A stretch of 64,000 bases of DNA from Diplonema japonicum (lineage: Eukaryota; Protista; Euglenozoa: Diplonemea). The stretch covers positions 496,001 to 560,000 of the forward strand of contig OZ025651.1 in assembly GCA_964019335.1 (NCBI GenBank). Reading direction: 5' to 3'. Below the pieces are notes generated by a model. That model was not told the DNA's origin. It did no database searches and worked only from the letters and a program-made list of their open reading frames with translations. Position 1 is the stretch's first letter. The number at the start of each line of letters is the position of its first letter. The position numbers and the translations under genes were made by a program. Below are positions 32,936-43,270 of the stretch, piece by piece.

Positions 32936-35482
32936 TCATTCCCCCTTGCTTGCTCGTCGTTTGTGCAAATCATGTGTTTTCTCCAAAATAACAAACCACT
33001 CCACCCTGTTGTTGCGCAGCTCGGTCAAAGGCCACGACAGGTGTTTAAACAGCTTGGACTGCAGCAGAGAAAACAAATCCAGCCCCACATGGTCAATAAA
33101 ACCCGTCTGCCCCTTGGCAAGCTCATGCGTCATCGACCGATCAAACATAGGTGCAGGGGTGTGCCCATGATTCTTTTCGACATCGCCCTGAATGTGAAAC
33201 TCCTCAGTGATGGCCAAACCCCATCTCCTTGATATCTCAAAAGGCTTGCTAATGTTACTAATATCGGCGGCTTTAAGCAACATGTTTGATGCAAGACGTC
33301 TGTGTTCAGAGTCCTCCTTCCGGTATCCTTGCTCGCAGACGGCGGAGAAACGTTCAAGAAGGTCTTGATGCTTCGCCATGTCGGTTGCAAGGATGTTCGA
33401 GATCAAACCACGGTACGCGCCATGAGACTGCTCCTTATTGACACCATCGAACACATTGAAAGCGTTCATTTCAAGCAGCTGCAGACTGATGTGGCAGTGG
33501 TGGACTTCGAGAACAGATGATGACCCTGATGCACTTGACAAGATCCCCAATGGAGATTCAGTTTTGAAGTGGAAACTATTGTTAAGCCCCATATGGTCCA
33601 CATCATGCAGTAATGCAGACACCATTAGGACAAACGTGTCCAGCTCCGTTAAAAAGTCCTGACACTTCCCATCCACCAGGTACGTGAACAACGTCTGCGT
33701 CACATCGAACGCGTGGATGAAGCTGTGGTACGGTACGTTGCGGTACTTCCTCCTCACGGCACAGACGAATCTGATCAGCTTCTCCCTCGACAAGTTGAAA
33801 TTTCGAAGGATGTTTAATTCTTCAAAAAGATGCACGCACAGCAATATCAATTTATCATACTCAACAGACTTCCCTTTTGTACCTTTTGTGTAGTTGTGCG
33901 CGTTGAATTTGCTTGTTTTCACCAGTTCCAGTTCTTCTTTCTCCAGTTTAATAGACAGAATTGCTTCCACCTCACCAGCTTCAAGTGAAAATGTTGCCTT
34001 TGCCGCTCTTGGGGTTAATGGTGTCCCCAGAACCTGAAGTTGTTTCTCGAAGAGTTCCATTGCTTTGTTCCTGCTTTCCAACACGAACTCGTAAAGATTG
34101 CAGTTATTCAGCGTAACGCCAGCGAAGTGAGCGAAGTATCGCAATGTCTCCTCGTCCTCTGAGGTGAACCCGCCCTTGTCCTTTTTGTTGACAACCTGTA
34201 CCACTGCGATGACCTCGTTCTGGTGTTTTACTGGCATTGTTAGTAAAGAGTGTGTGATGAGGCCTGTTTGTTTATCGACGTCCGGGTTGAAACGTCTGTC
34301 TGAGTAAGGGTGTGTGATGTTGAGGGTTTCGCCTGTGGAGTAGACATGGCCGGCAACGCCTTTCCATGCTGCGAAGCGTATCTCGCCAGCTTCGCCGTGC
34401 GCACGTAATTCGTTGAGTTCCTTGTCGACGACGAAAAGCGTGCATCGTTCCGCCTGCAGAACCTCGCGTGCTCCTTCAGACACATCGCCTACCACCTGAC
34501 CCCAGTTCCGCATGTCTACTTGCGAGAGTTTTTGGATGACGCTTATGAAAAACTGGTTTTTTTGCATCAACGCGGCCTGTTCCATGTACAGCTCAGCGTT
34601 GTGGATGGCAAGCCCTGCAAATGCGGCGTATGTCTTGAAGAGGTTGAGATCTGCTTGTGTGAAGGGTGCGATGGTCCCGCTTTCGTCCTTTTTGTTCAAA
34701 AGCTGCGCGACGGCGACGACCTCCCTGTCGCACACGATGGGAGCGCAGAGCAACGAACCGGTTTTGTAACCAGTCTGCTCGTCAACAGTCCTGTTGAACC
34801 GATCGTCGTCGTACGCGTTTGAGAGGTTGATGGTGTCACCTGTCTTGGCACAATGCCCGACAAGACCTGTACCTATGTGGACACGGATGACTTCATCTTC
34901 TTTGATTTGTGTTACAAGTTCATCGCCCTGCCGAACGAACAGCGAGCACCTATCTGCTGAGAGAAGCTCCTGCGTGCATTCAATGATAATTTTCAAAAGC
35001 TCGTCTTCTTGTGTTACGTTAGAAGCCAGCTCCAAGGCGATTCTCAAGAGCTTTTCGAGGAACTCCGGGTCTAGGCTTTCCGGATCGACCGCAGATGTCG
35101 ACGCGCGTTTTCTTTTTATTTTCGGTGTTTCGTCACTTGAAGAATGGTTTGTAAAGAACCCTCTTAACACCCTTTTCGACGACAGTACATTGCTGCAGGT
35201 GTCTGCAAGGACACGGATGTCAGCTTCAGGAAGCTTGCTCACCTCTTCTGAACGTGTGTCGGTAAGCCGTTGTGTAGCACTTCTCACCAGGCCTACTAAA
35301 GGTATGTTTGAAGATATTGCCGGGATCGACTCTTGACACTCTTTTGGTACCAAACCCAAGAATTTCTGAGCCAGTGCGAAGTACGGGTTGCCCGGCATCT
35401 CTTCAAGAACCTCTGATACTGCATCGTTGATGCTTTCGTGTAGCTGCCATTTATCGATGTACTCAGCTACTGCGGTTGTCAT
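32936..35482 (-). CDS. Class I cyclic-nucleotide phosphodiesterase with two GAF domains (PDEB-like) and N-terminal Dpy-30/RIIa-like motif
   Basis: Two GAF repeats (ADRCSLF..NAYDDDRFN..NKK; AERCTLF..DRRFNPDVD..NKK); catalytic YHSFIHAFDV, HDVDHMG, ILATDM, KAADISN and EEF..QGD; ATG 35482. Confidence 0.95.
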   Translation of the reverse strand: MTTAVAEYIDKWQLHESINDAVSEVLEEMPGNPYFALAQKFLGLVPKECQESIPAISSNIPLVGLVRSATQRLTDTRSEEVSKLPEADIRVLADTCSNVLSSKRVLRGFFTNHSSSDETPKIKRKRASTSAVDPESLDPEFLEKLLRIALELASNVTQEDELLKIIIECTQELLSADRCSLFVRQGDELVTQIKEDEVIRVHIGTGLVGHCAKTGDTINLSNAYDDDRFNRTVDEQTGYKTGSLLCAPIVCDREVVAVAQLLNKKDESGTIAPFTQADLNLFKTYAAFAGLAIHNAELYMEQAALMQKNQFFISVIQKLSQVDMRNWGQVVGDVSEGAREVLQAERCTLFVVDKELNELRAHGEAGEIRFAAWKGVAGHVYSTGETLNITHPYSDRRFNPDVDKQTGLITHSLLTMPVKHQNEVIAVVQVVNKKDKGGFTSEDEETLRYFAHFAGVTLNNCNLYEFVLESRNKAMELFEKQLQVLGTPLTPRAAKATFSLEAGEVEAILSIKLEKEELELVKTSKFNAHNYTKGTKGKSVEYDKLILLCVHLFEELNILRNFNLSREKLIRFVCAVRRKYRNVPYHSFIHAFDVTQTLFTYLVDGKCQDFLTELDTFVLMVSALLHDVDHMGLNNSFHFKTESPLGILSSASGSSSVLEVHHCHISLQLLEMNAFNVFDGVNKEQSHGAYRGLISNILATDMAKHQDLLERFSAVCEQGYRKEDSEHRRLASNMLLKAADISNISKPFEISRRWGLAITEEFHIQGDVEKNHGHTPAPMFDRSMTHELAKGQTGFIDHVGLDLFSLLQSKLFKHLSWPLTELRNNRVEWFVILEKTHDLHKRRASKGE

Positions 35483-35919
35483 TTTTTCTTTGTTCTCTCC
35501 CCCTCTTTTTTTTTTCGTGATGAGTAATTTAAAAGGAAACAAAAGGGGGGGGAAGAAAAAAAGGAGCAGAAACAATTTAGCATTAAATTAGTAACGGAGA
35601 AAGAATATAAGAAAAACAAAAAAAAAAACACTTTAGACAATAAAAAAAAAAAAACCTGGTCAATTCAGATTTTTTTTCTTCGTTCCTTATTTTTTTTTCT
35701 CATGGAAGAGAAAAGGGATTTTTCTTTTTTTTTTCGGGGGGGGGGATTCAGTGTTCAGCAAAAAAAAAAAAAAAAAAAAAATGTGAGAAGAAGAAACCTC
35801 TTTCATTCTTATCTTTTTTTTTTCCCCCCTTTCCCCTTCTTTTTTTTTTGTTCTTGGTTCTTTTCTTTGAGGGCGTTCAAATCACTCATATATTGAATAA
35901 TAAAAAGGAAAAAAAAAAA

Positions 35920-36696
35920 TCACTCTGTCATGACCTTCTTTGCAGTTACCCTTCGCAACACAATCATCACGACGAGAAGCATAAAACTTCCAGCAACAAG
36001 GACATTGGTGGGGATTTGGGTTTGCACCTGAGGGCGGGGAGTGCTCGGAACAAGCGTTTCCGGGACTGAGGTGGCCGCAGGGATGACCGTGCAGCGTGTT
36101 ACATAATCAAGTTTAGGAAAGTGCTCTTTGAGATAGGGGTTGCCCACTGACCACATTTTACCCTGATCGGGGCCGTTCTTACCAAATGGTGCTGTGTCGC
36201 CGTACGCTGAGTAAAACTTATCGACGTATTCCATGCCTTCCACAACCTTGCCAAATGGGGTTTCATGTAGCGCGCCTCCCAAACCGCTTTTATCTTTGTA
36301 CGCTATAAACACCTGCGTGGTACGCGAATCGGCACCTGCACCTGCAAATGAAATATCGCCTCTGTCCACTTGCGACCGTCCGCCTTCAGGATGTGGGTCG
36401 TCTTTGATCCTCCCTTCTATCCATTTCTTGTGTCTTTCTTTATTGCTAACGATGCCTGGTATACCGTACTGTACCAAGAACCCGGGGACCACTCTGAATA
36501 AAGGGATTTCGGTGAAGAACTCATCTTCGACAAGGTCCACAAACCGTTGGGCGCCCAAAGGCCCTCGGCTTGGCGTCATCTCCACCACGAAGTCCCCTGC
36601 GGTCGTCCCGCATTTAATCCGCATCCCTGCGTACACGTCAGTCGTTGCCGCTAGGACCACTAGTAATAGCAGCGATACGAGTGTTATGGGGTTCAT
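35920..36696 (-). CDS. Cyclophilin-type PPIase with signal peptide and C-terminal TM helix
   Basis: FRVVPGFLVQYG, SRTTQVFI and PFGKVVEGM. Confidence 0.92.
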   Translation of the reverse strand: MNPITLVSLLLLVVLAATTDVYAGMRIKCGTTAGDFVVEMTPSRGPLGAQRFVDLVEDEFFTEIPLFRVVPGFLVQYGIPGIVSNKERHKKWIEGRIKDDPHPEGGRSQVDRGDISFAGAGADSRTTQVFIAYKDKSGLGGALHETPFGKVVEGMEYVDKFYSAYGDTAPFGKNGPDQGKMWSVGNPYLKEHFPKLDYVTRCTVIPAATSVPETLVPSTPRPQVQTQIPTNVLVAGSFMLLVVMIVLRRVTAKKVMTE

Positions 36697-37263
36697 GATT
36701 TTTTTTTTTTTGTTCTATTATTAGAACCCACTTTTCTTTTTTTTTTTTTTTTTTTTTTTAAATGAGGAGAAAAAAGAGAAAAAAAAAAAAAGAAAAAACG
36801 GGAGAACTTGGAAAACCGAAATAAGGGCGAAAAAAGAATAGAAAAAAATACCCCCAAAGACCTCAAAAAAAAAAACTAAAAAAAATAGAAAAACCAGCAT
36901 CTAAATTGTACAAGAATGTATGTGTGTTGTTGTAAGGTGGTGTTCTGTGTGTTTAGATTTTTTCAACCTTTTTTTTTTCTTCTTCGCTTTATCCCCCTCT
37001 TCTTCCTCCCAAGAGGAACAGAAAGGAAAAAAAAAAAAAAAAAAAAAAAAAAACAAGAAACCCCGACAGGCTCTTAAAAAATTGGAAAAGAAATTCAAGG
37101 TTAGGTATAGGTGGTATCGAAGAAGAGGGGTGTTTTCATTTCTTTTTTTTTTTTGATCGGACAGGTGAATGGTTCAAAAAATAAATAAAAACAAACAGCC
37201 AAACACAACACACAACAAAACTACAAAATAGGAGGAAGGTCACAAAATGGGGGGGGGGGGGTA

Positions 37264-37408
37264 CCGTATTTGTACTTCACAAGGAACCGAAACATACTTA
37301 TTTAGAATGGGAAAAATGCTATGGAATCCTTTCGATTTCGAGGGGGGGAAAAAAACCCATTTTGTCCTTTGGTTCTTTCAACATGTTCTACATGAAGTAC
37401 AAATACGG
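37264..37408. mobile_element. 145-bp MITE, Tc1/mariner (pogo/Tc2-like) type
   Basis: Perfect 16-bp TIRs CCGTATTTGTACTTCA (37264-37279) / TGAAGTACAAATACGG (37393-37408), flanked by TA on both sides. Confidence 0.8.
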
Positions 37409-37459
37409 TATTTTTTTTTTTTTTTCTCTTTTTTTTTTTCCCTTCTATATTTCCATCCC

Positions 37460-39553
37460 TTATTTCATTCTTTTTTTCATCCCCTTAGGGACCACAACAT
37501 TCCACGTGTCCCCAGACGCATCAGCATAGGTAGTGGGAGCAGCCGCCAGAGCCGCCCTAAATGAAGCTTCTTGCTGCTGTTTCTCTCTTTGTTTCGCCTC
37601 CTTTTCGCTCCGCTTTTTGTCACGCTCCTGCTTCTGAGAGCATTGATGAGTGAAATGATCCCCTTTACACACACGACACGCTACCTTATTGTTCTTAACA
37701 ACGCCCTTAGCTCCGCCCAGGTTTTTCGGAGCAGGAGATGGTGCTCCTGACGACGGGGGATCGACCGCCTCATCCTTACCAACCTTACGTGGTTTTTCCT
37801 TTTTCGGGGGATCGCTGGTACTGTTTAGAAGTGTTGTTTTCCATTCGGAGAAGCTTTCTGTCAGAACCCGGAAGGTTTTCCCGCTGTTTTTGTTGGGTTC
37901 GAACGCCCAGACTTCGTTGCAGCATTCTTGGATTAAATATTCGGAGTGGGTGACAAAAATGCAAGCTGCCTTGAAGCAACGTAATGCTTCGACAAGACCC
38001 TTCTGCGATTCCAAATCTAAGTGGTTTGTCGGCTCGTCTAGAAGAAGCAACGAAGGCCGCCCGAAGGTAACAGTAGCAAGAACGACTCTTGCACGCTGCC
38101 CTGCAGACAACAACCCACACTGCAAGCCTCCTATAACAGGTGTAATCCCAAAACTTCCCAACTGGTCTCGAATTTCTTGAATTTTCGCTTTCGGATGAAC
38201 TTCCGACATATACTCAACAGGCGACATATCAACAGGAAGCTTGTTGATGTGGTCTTGTTGGTAGTACCCGACACGAAAACCTGGCATTGTTGTGATTTCG
38301 CCGGTGGTGGGGGGTTTTTGCAAAGCAAGGCAGGAGAGAAGAGTGGATTTCCCGCTTCCGTTCTTTCCGATCAACGCCACGCGAGAGGAGGGGAGCAGGT
38401 CACACGTTACGTTTGAGAAAACGGGTTTGTCGGGTGTGTAGGAAAATGAGAGTTTTGAAGCTTGTAAAATATGTTCGTCCTCGGGCATTTCACGGACTCG
38501 TTTGTCGGAATGCAGTTTGAAACGGATTTCCTCGTCTTCAACAATTGCTGGGGTTTGTATCCTGTCACCCATGTTGCTCCATTTCCATCTCCTTCCCGTC
38601 GCTGTTTTCTGCTGTCCCAACCTGTCGAGACATTTCTGTTTCGACGCGACCTGCGCCGAGTTCTTAGGATCGTTCTTAGCTTGAAGATACGTTAATGCTG
38701 CTTGAAGACGCTTTTTCTTCTTCTCCTCCCACTCGTGAAGGTTCGCCTGTTTGTTCAGCAAATCCGTAACGGACTTGAAATACCCATCGTAGTTCCCCTG
38801 GTACTGGGTCAGGGTCTTGTCCTTCATGTGAATGATGTCTGTACAGACGGTGTTCAAAGGCTCTAAATCGTGGCTGACAAGGATGAGAATTTTCTTGTAT
38901 GTGGACAAATAGTCTTGAAGCCAAATTGATGTTTCGATGTCAAGATGATTAGTCGGTTCATCCATGAGAAGCAGGTCGGGCTCGAGAAGAAGCGTTTTTG
39001 CAATATCCAATCGGTATTTCCACCCGCCGGAGAGCTGGGCCACTGTCGTTGTGTCCGGAGATTTAGACGCGAAGCTGAGGCCGTGCAGGATTTGATACGC
39101 CTGTGCTTTGATTTCTTCCATAGTGTAGATCTCGAGCTTCTTCGAGAAGCACTTCGACACCTCGTCGTCGGGGTTGGTGTTCGTTTGTACCTTTACGTCT
39201 TCAAGTGTTTCAAACCCACACAAAACCTCTTCAATCACCTTACGGTCTTCGTGAAATGCACTCTTTCCCGCTCCAACCATTAGTGTTACCTGGTGGTTCT
39301 TCCACATTCCGTGGAATTTCTTAGCGGCCAGGTGTCTCATCAAAGTGGTTTTCCCCACCCCATTGTTTCCGATCAGCCCATAGCGGTGACCGGGGGTGAG
39401 CTTCAGCTTGGCGTCCGTCAGGAGTTGGATTCCCTCCACGTGGAGGTCGAAGTACTCTAAGTGGAGCTGGTCGTTGAGGTAGTTTCTGTCCTCATCGATG
39501 TACTGGCCATGGTTCTGCACCTCCACCTGGTCTCGTAGTTCGATGGTGTCCAT
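37460..39553 (-). CDS. ABCF-family ATPase with C-terminal CCHC zinc knuckle
   Basis: Two ABC cassettes (GNNGVGKTT/LSGGW/DEPTNHLD; GKNGSGKST/LSAGQ/DEPTNHLD), no TM domain, and CRVCKGDHFTHQC; ATG 39553. Confidence 0.92.
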   Translation of the reverse strand: MDTIELRDQVEVQNHGQYIDEDRNYLNDQLHLEYFDLHVEGIQLLTDAKLKLTPGHRYGLIGNNGVGKTTLMRHLAAKKFHGMWKNHQVTLMVGAGKSAFHEDRKVIEEVLCGFETLEDVKVQTNTNPDDEVSKCFSKKLEIYTMEEIKAQAYQILHGLSFASKSPDTTTVAQLSGGWKYRLDIAKTLLLEPDLLLMDEPTNHLDIETSIWLQDYLSTYKKILILVSHDLEPLNTVCTDIIHMKDKTLTQYQGNYDGYFKSVTDLLNKQANLHEWEEKKKKRLQAALTYLQAKNDPKNSAQVASKQKCLDRLGQQKTATGRRWKWSNMGDRIQTPAIVEDEEIRFKLHSDKRVREMPEDEHILQASKLSFSYTPDKPVFSNVTCDLLPSSRVALIGKNGSGKSTLLSCLALQKPPTTGEITTMPGFRVGYYQQDHINKLPVDMSPVEYMSEVHPKAKIQEIRDQLGSFGITPVIGGLQCGLLSAGQRARVVLATVTFGRPSLLLLDEPTNHLDLESQKGLVEALRCFKAACIFVTHSEYLIQECCNEVWAFEPNKNSGKTFRVLTESFSEWKTTLLNSTSDPPKKEKPRKVGKDEAVDPPSSGAPSPAPKNLGGAKGVVKNNKVACRVCKGDHFTHQCSQKQERDKKRSEKEAKQREKQQQEASFRAALAAAPTTYADASGDTWNVVVPKGMKKRMK

Positions 39554-39689
39554 TTTTTTTTTTCTTTTTTTTTTGTTGGTTCTTCCTTCTGACCTTTTTT
39601 TTTTTTCGGGAATAGTAAAAAAAAAAAAAAAAAAAAAGAAAAAAAAGCTACGAGGAAGAGTCTTCACGAAAAGGGGACAAAAAAAAATT

Positions 39690-40740
39690 CACTATGATAG
39701 GAACGAAGTGGTTAGCTACGGCCCGCCGCGGTGGCGTGCCTACCTTATGATGCTCCCCTTTTGGGGTCGTTCCCTGCTACCCACCGTAGTGCCTAGCTGT
39801 CGTTTATATCTTCCAATCCTTTCTTTCCGGTAATCTTCTCTCAGTCCTTTCAGCTTGGTCGCCGTCAGCCCCGATGCAAACAGGGCCCTCCTATCAAAGC
39901 CAACGACGTGGTCGCGGCCAATGGATCGTAGTGATCTCACGTTCTTGCATGACTGCGCCGGAAAAGCGCGTCTCCTCTTCTCCCTCATCCATGTCGCTTG
40001 CAGCGTATCCAGGATCCGCTTGATCCTCACCGCCTTCTTGTCGATGTCAATCGTCGTGTTGATGTTAACCCCCAGCGTCTTCTTCGTGTAGCACTCGAAG
40101 TCAATCGCCAGCTCGATCGCCGACACGGACGTTCCCTCCTCCGCCCACCGCAGCGCAGCCAGCCATCTCAGCACCTGATCACCATACTCCCTGAGCTGCG
40201 GGGTCAGCTTGAGCTTGTACAGTTCCACAACCTTTGGCGCCTCGAAACGCCTTCCTTGAGTCGTCACCACCCACGGCGGTTCCTTCTCAACCGCGAACCG
40301 CTTCACCGCCAGAGCATCGTCCCTGCGCCTCACCACCTCTGCCAAATACCTCTGCAGCCTCTCCAAACCGCGGAACACGACCTTCCTCGGGAGAATCCCG
40401 TGCAGCTCCAAACAGACCGGCCACCTTTCGCTCCTGACCAGACCGTTATATACCTCCTTCTTCTGCACCTCCAATGCGACCTCGCACTCCCAAAGCTGGT
40501 GTCGCAGCAACCTAACTGTGCTGCCCTTCGCAGCATCACAGACATCGCAATTGAGCGTTCCCGCTGCTTTGTCCGTCCTCCCCCTATCCAGGTGGTCGGC
40601 TTCTTCCTCGCTCCCCTCACCTCCCTCCTCATCAGGTTCTTCAGGAGGGGAGAGTAAAACTTGTTTCGCATACGGGCTGAGGTACGGCACCGCCCCGGTT
40701 ATCCTCCTCACCCGCCACGCTTCGAGCGGTCTGCGTGCGC
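39690..40740 (-). mobile_element. 5'-truncated LINE fragment (C-terminal zinc-finger region), related to the 28-32 kb element
   Basis: RRITGA, CDVC...HQLWEC, CLELHGILP, WLAALRW, ELAIDFE, LRSIG and QKGSIIR* parallel RMLTGA, CRGC...HIYWKC, CLRLHGIIP, WLSKLEW, ELVIDFE, LRSIG and QKGSNIR* in 28119-29387. Confidence 0.85.
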
Positions 40741-41107
40741 TGAAAAAATGAAAAAAAAGAAGGGGAAAAAAAACCCCCAAGAAATGCAAATCGGTGTGAG
40801 TGACCACACTTTCGCACAACTATCATTCCTAAAGGGCTATGTTGCGGTAGAGAAAAAGAAATTCGTAAAATAAAAAGAAGAAAAAAACAACCCATCACAG
40901 CCGGCCCTTACATAACAAGCCGGGAGACGAGGAAAGTGGGAGAGGGGGGGATACACACCACACACCAGGTTTAGCCTTCTGCTTGCACGGGGTTTTTTTA
41001 TTTCCCCCAGCCCGCCGATTTTTTTTTTCTTGCGAGAAAAAGAAAATGAGATAACAGAGAAAAAAAAAGGGGGGCGTACACATAAAGGAACCGTCGCTGC
41101 TTCTCTT

Positions 41108-42361
41108 TTACGAAGAAGACGAAGATGAGGAAGAAGATGATGATGATGATGAAGACGACGAGGAATGCGACCGGTTACGGATCCTCTTTCGTTTGATTCT
41201 CTCGCGAAGCCGCTGTTCATCCAGCTCCTCGTCGCCGGATCGCTTCCGTTTCTTAAGTTCTTTCTTGACCTTCTCGTTTATTTTCTTCTCCTCTTTCTTC
41301 TCCTGCCTGCGGTGTCTCTTTTCCTGCTCCAACACCATGTCAAAATCGTCACGTCTATTCAGTTCATTCGCTCGCGCGTAAAGTTCAGGATGCTCTGTTT
41401 TAAGACTCCCTAGCCACCTCCGTGACATGCACGGCCTTCCAACTCTTGTGTCGGTCCAAACTCTGTCAAAATTCGCTTTTGTTACAAAATTTTGAGTCAC
41501 AGCGACAGTGTCGGTGAGGTTGATGACCCCGTGCCACCACCCGACAGGTAAAAACACCATCTCGCCAGGTTTTTGAATGAACTCGTAGATAGTGGGTGGG
41601 TTCTTGCTCGCCTTTATCCTGGGAAGGATATCGACGAAGAACTGGATGGCCTCGTCGTCCTCACCTTTCTTGACAAACGTTTTCCCTCGAACGGTGCTTT
41701 TACTATGGTGAGAATCCATGACCACCCATCTCTTGTATCCGCTGAGCAGCATATTCCATGCAGACGACTGGTTAGGGTCTATGTGAACGCAAGTACCTGA
41801 ACGCTCGGGGCCGAGGAGGAACCATTTGTAAGGCGGCCTGTCGCGTTTAATGCACGAAAAGTAATCTGATGTGAAGTAAGAAGGTACGGTGTATCTCTTG
41901 CAGATGTCCTTTGTTTCTTCTCTCTCGTCGAATTTTGAGTCGAATATGTACAGTGGCGAGTCGTCTTTGTTCTCTTTGGTGTATTTTCTAAAGTCTTTCA
42001 GCGAGATTTTCAGTGTCGTCCCGTCGTCGTCTTCGCCGCATTTCATCATTACATTTTTGAACTCGTTGCACACAGCGTCCAATTCCCATGGGCCTTCGCA
42101 CCATCCGTCTCGTTCTGCCAGACCCTCTATGAGGCATGGGATGCCAGGTTCATCTATCTCTTTGAAAAACCTTTCGGTGTCATAGTCTTTGCAGTCGATT
42201 CTTTTAATGACATCGCCGAGGAATTCAGGGGCTGTTTTCAGTCTCAGGAAATCCTCTCGTCTCTCCGTTCCGAATTTATCCTTCGGCCAGTCGCGCAGGC
42301 TCAGCTCTGTCCGGGCTTTTTTTTTGATGGAATTCACCTTTTCTTTCCAACTGCTAACCAT
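41108..42361 (-). CDS. JMJD6: JmjC-domain protein JMJD6-like
   Basis: KKKAR.EL, KCGEDDDG, DDSPLYIFDS, RPPYKWF, RSGT..HIDP, WN..L.G.KRW, GWWH.V.NL..TVAVTQNF and a poly-Ser tail. Confidence 0.93.
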   Translation of the reverse strand: MVSSWKEKVNSIKKKARTELSLRDWPKDKFGTERREDFLRLKTAPEFLGDVIKRIDCKDYDTERFFKEIDEPGIPCLIEGLAERDGWCEGPWELDAVCNEFKNVMMKCGEDDDGTTLKISLKDFRKYTKENKDDSPLYIFDSKFDEREETKDICKRYTVPSYFTSDYFSCIKRDRPPYKWFLLGPERSGTCVHIDPNQSSAWNMLLSGYKRWVVMDSHHSKSTVRGKTFVKKGEDDEAIQFFVDILPRIKASKNPPTIYEFIQKPGEMVFLPVGWWHGVINLTDTVAVTQNFVTKANFDRVWTDTRVGRPCMSRRWLGSLKTEHPELYARANELNRRDDFDMVLEQEKRHRRQEKKEEKKINEKVKKELKKRKRSGDEELDEQRLRERIKRKRIRNRSHSSSSSSSSSSSSSSSSSS

Positions 42362-42934
42362 TTTATTTTATTTTTTTCTTTTTCTCTCCTTTTTTTTAAT
42401 AAAAATTATGGTGTTTTCAGTTTGGTTTTTTTTGTTTGAATAAAATATGAGGGGGGGGGGGATCACTCCTTCCTTCTTATTCTGTACCTTTTTTTATTTT
42501 CCCCCCCATTATTGATTCCTGTTCCCCCATTTGTTTCCCCCCCTTTTTTTTTGTTTCTTTCTTACTTCTTTCTGATGGTGTTGCCATTTTTTAAAAGGAT
42601 TTTTTAAAGCTAGCCGAGGGGTTTTAAAAAATGGCTGATCATCAGAGGAGAGGGAAAGAAAGAAAGACAACGAAAAACAAAAAAAAAAAAATATAAAAAA
42701 AAGAGAAAGTATAGCTGGTAAGGGAGCTAAAGTAGTGAGAGAGGGAAATCTTGTCGGAAAAAAAAAAAAAAAAAAAAAAAAAAAGAAGCGAACCAATAAA
42801 AACCAGGAAAACTAATAAATAAATATTAAAAAAAAATGGAAAACCCCATGTACCATGTTTGTCCTGATGGCAAAACAAAACAATAATTAAAAGTAAAAGT
42901 TTAAGATACCATCAATCATCAATACTCCAAGAAC

Positions 42935-42965
<31 letters not shown>

Positions 42966-43168
42966 CAATGATGGGAAGGGAGGGGGAAAGACGTGTTGGC
43001 AGTAACCCGAGGATCTTTTTTCGCTGACTAAAGACCAATAAGAAAGAGGTGCGAGAAAGAAGGGGGGGAGGGATTGTGACTTGATTTCAGGGGCCATGCA
43101 GTGAAGCTGGTAGAAGAAGAAAAAAAAAGAGAAAAAAACTATGTTCGGAAGTAGTCGAAGATAAGCCT

Positions 43169-43237
43169 CTAAATCCAGAACACGCGCATGCCGTTCAGAA
43201 GCACGATCAAGAGGCATCCGGAATCAGCACTCACCTG

Positions 43238-43270
<33 letters not shown>

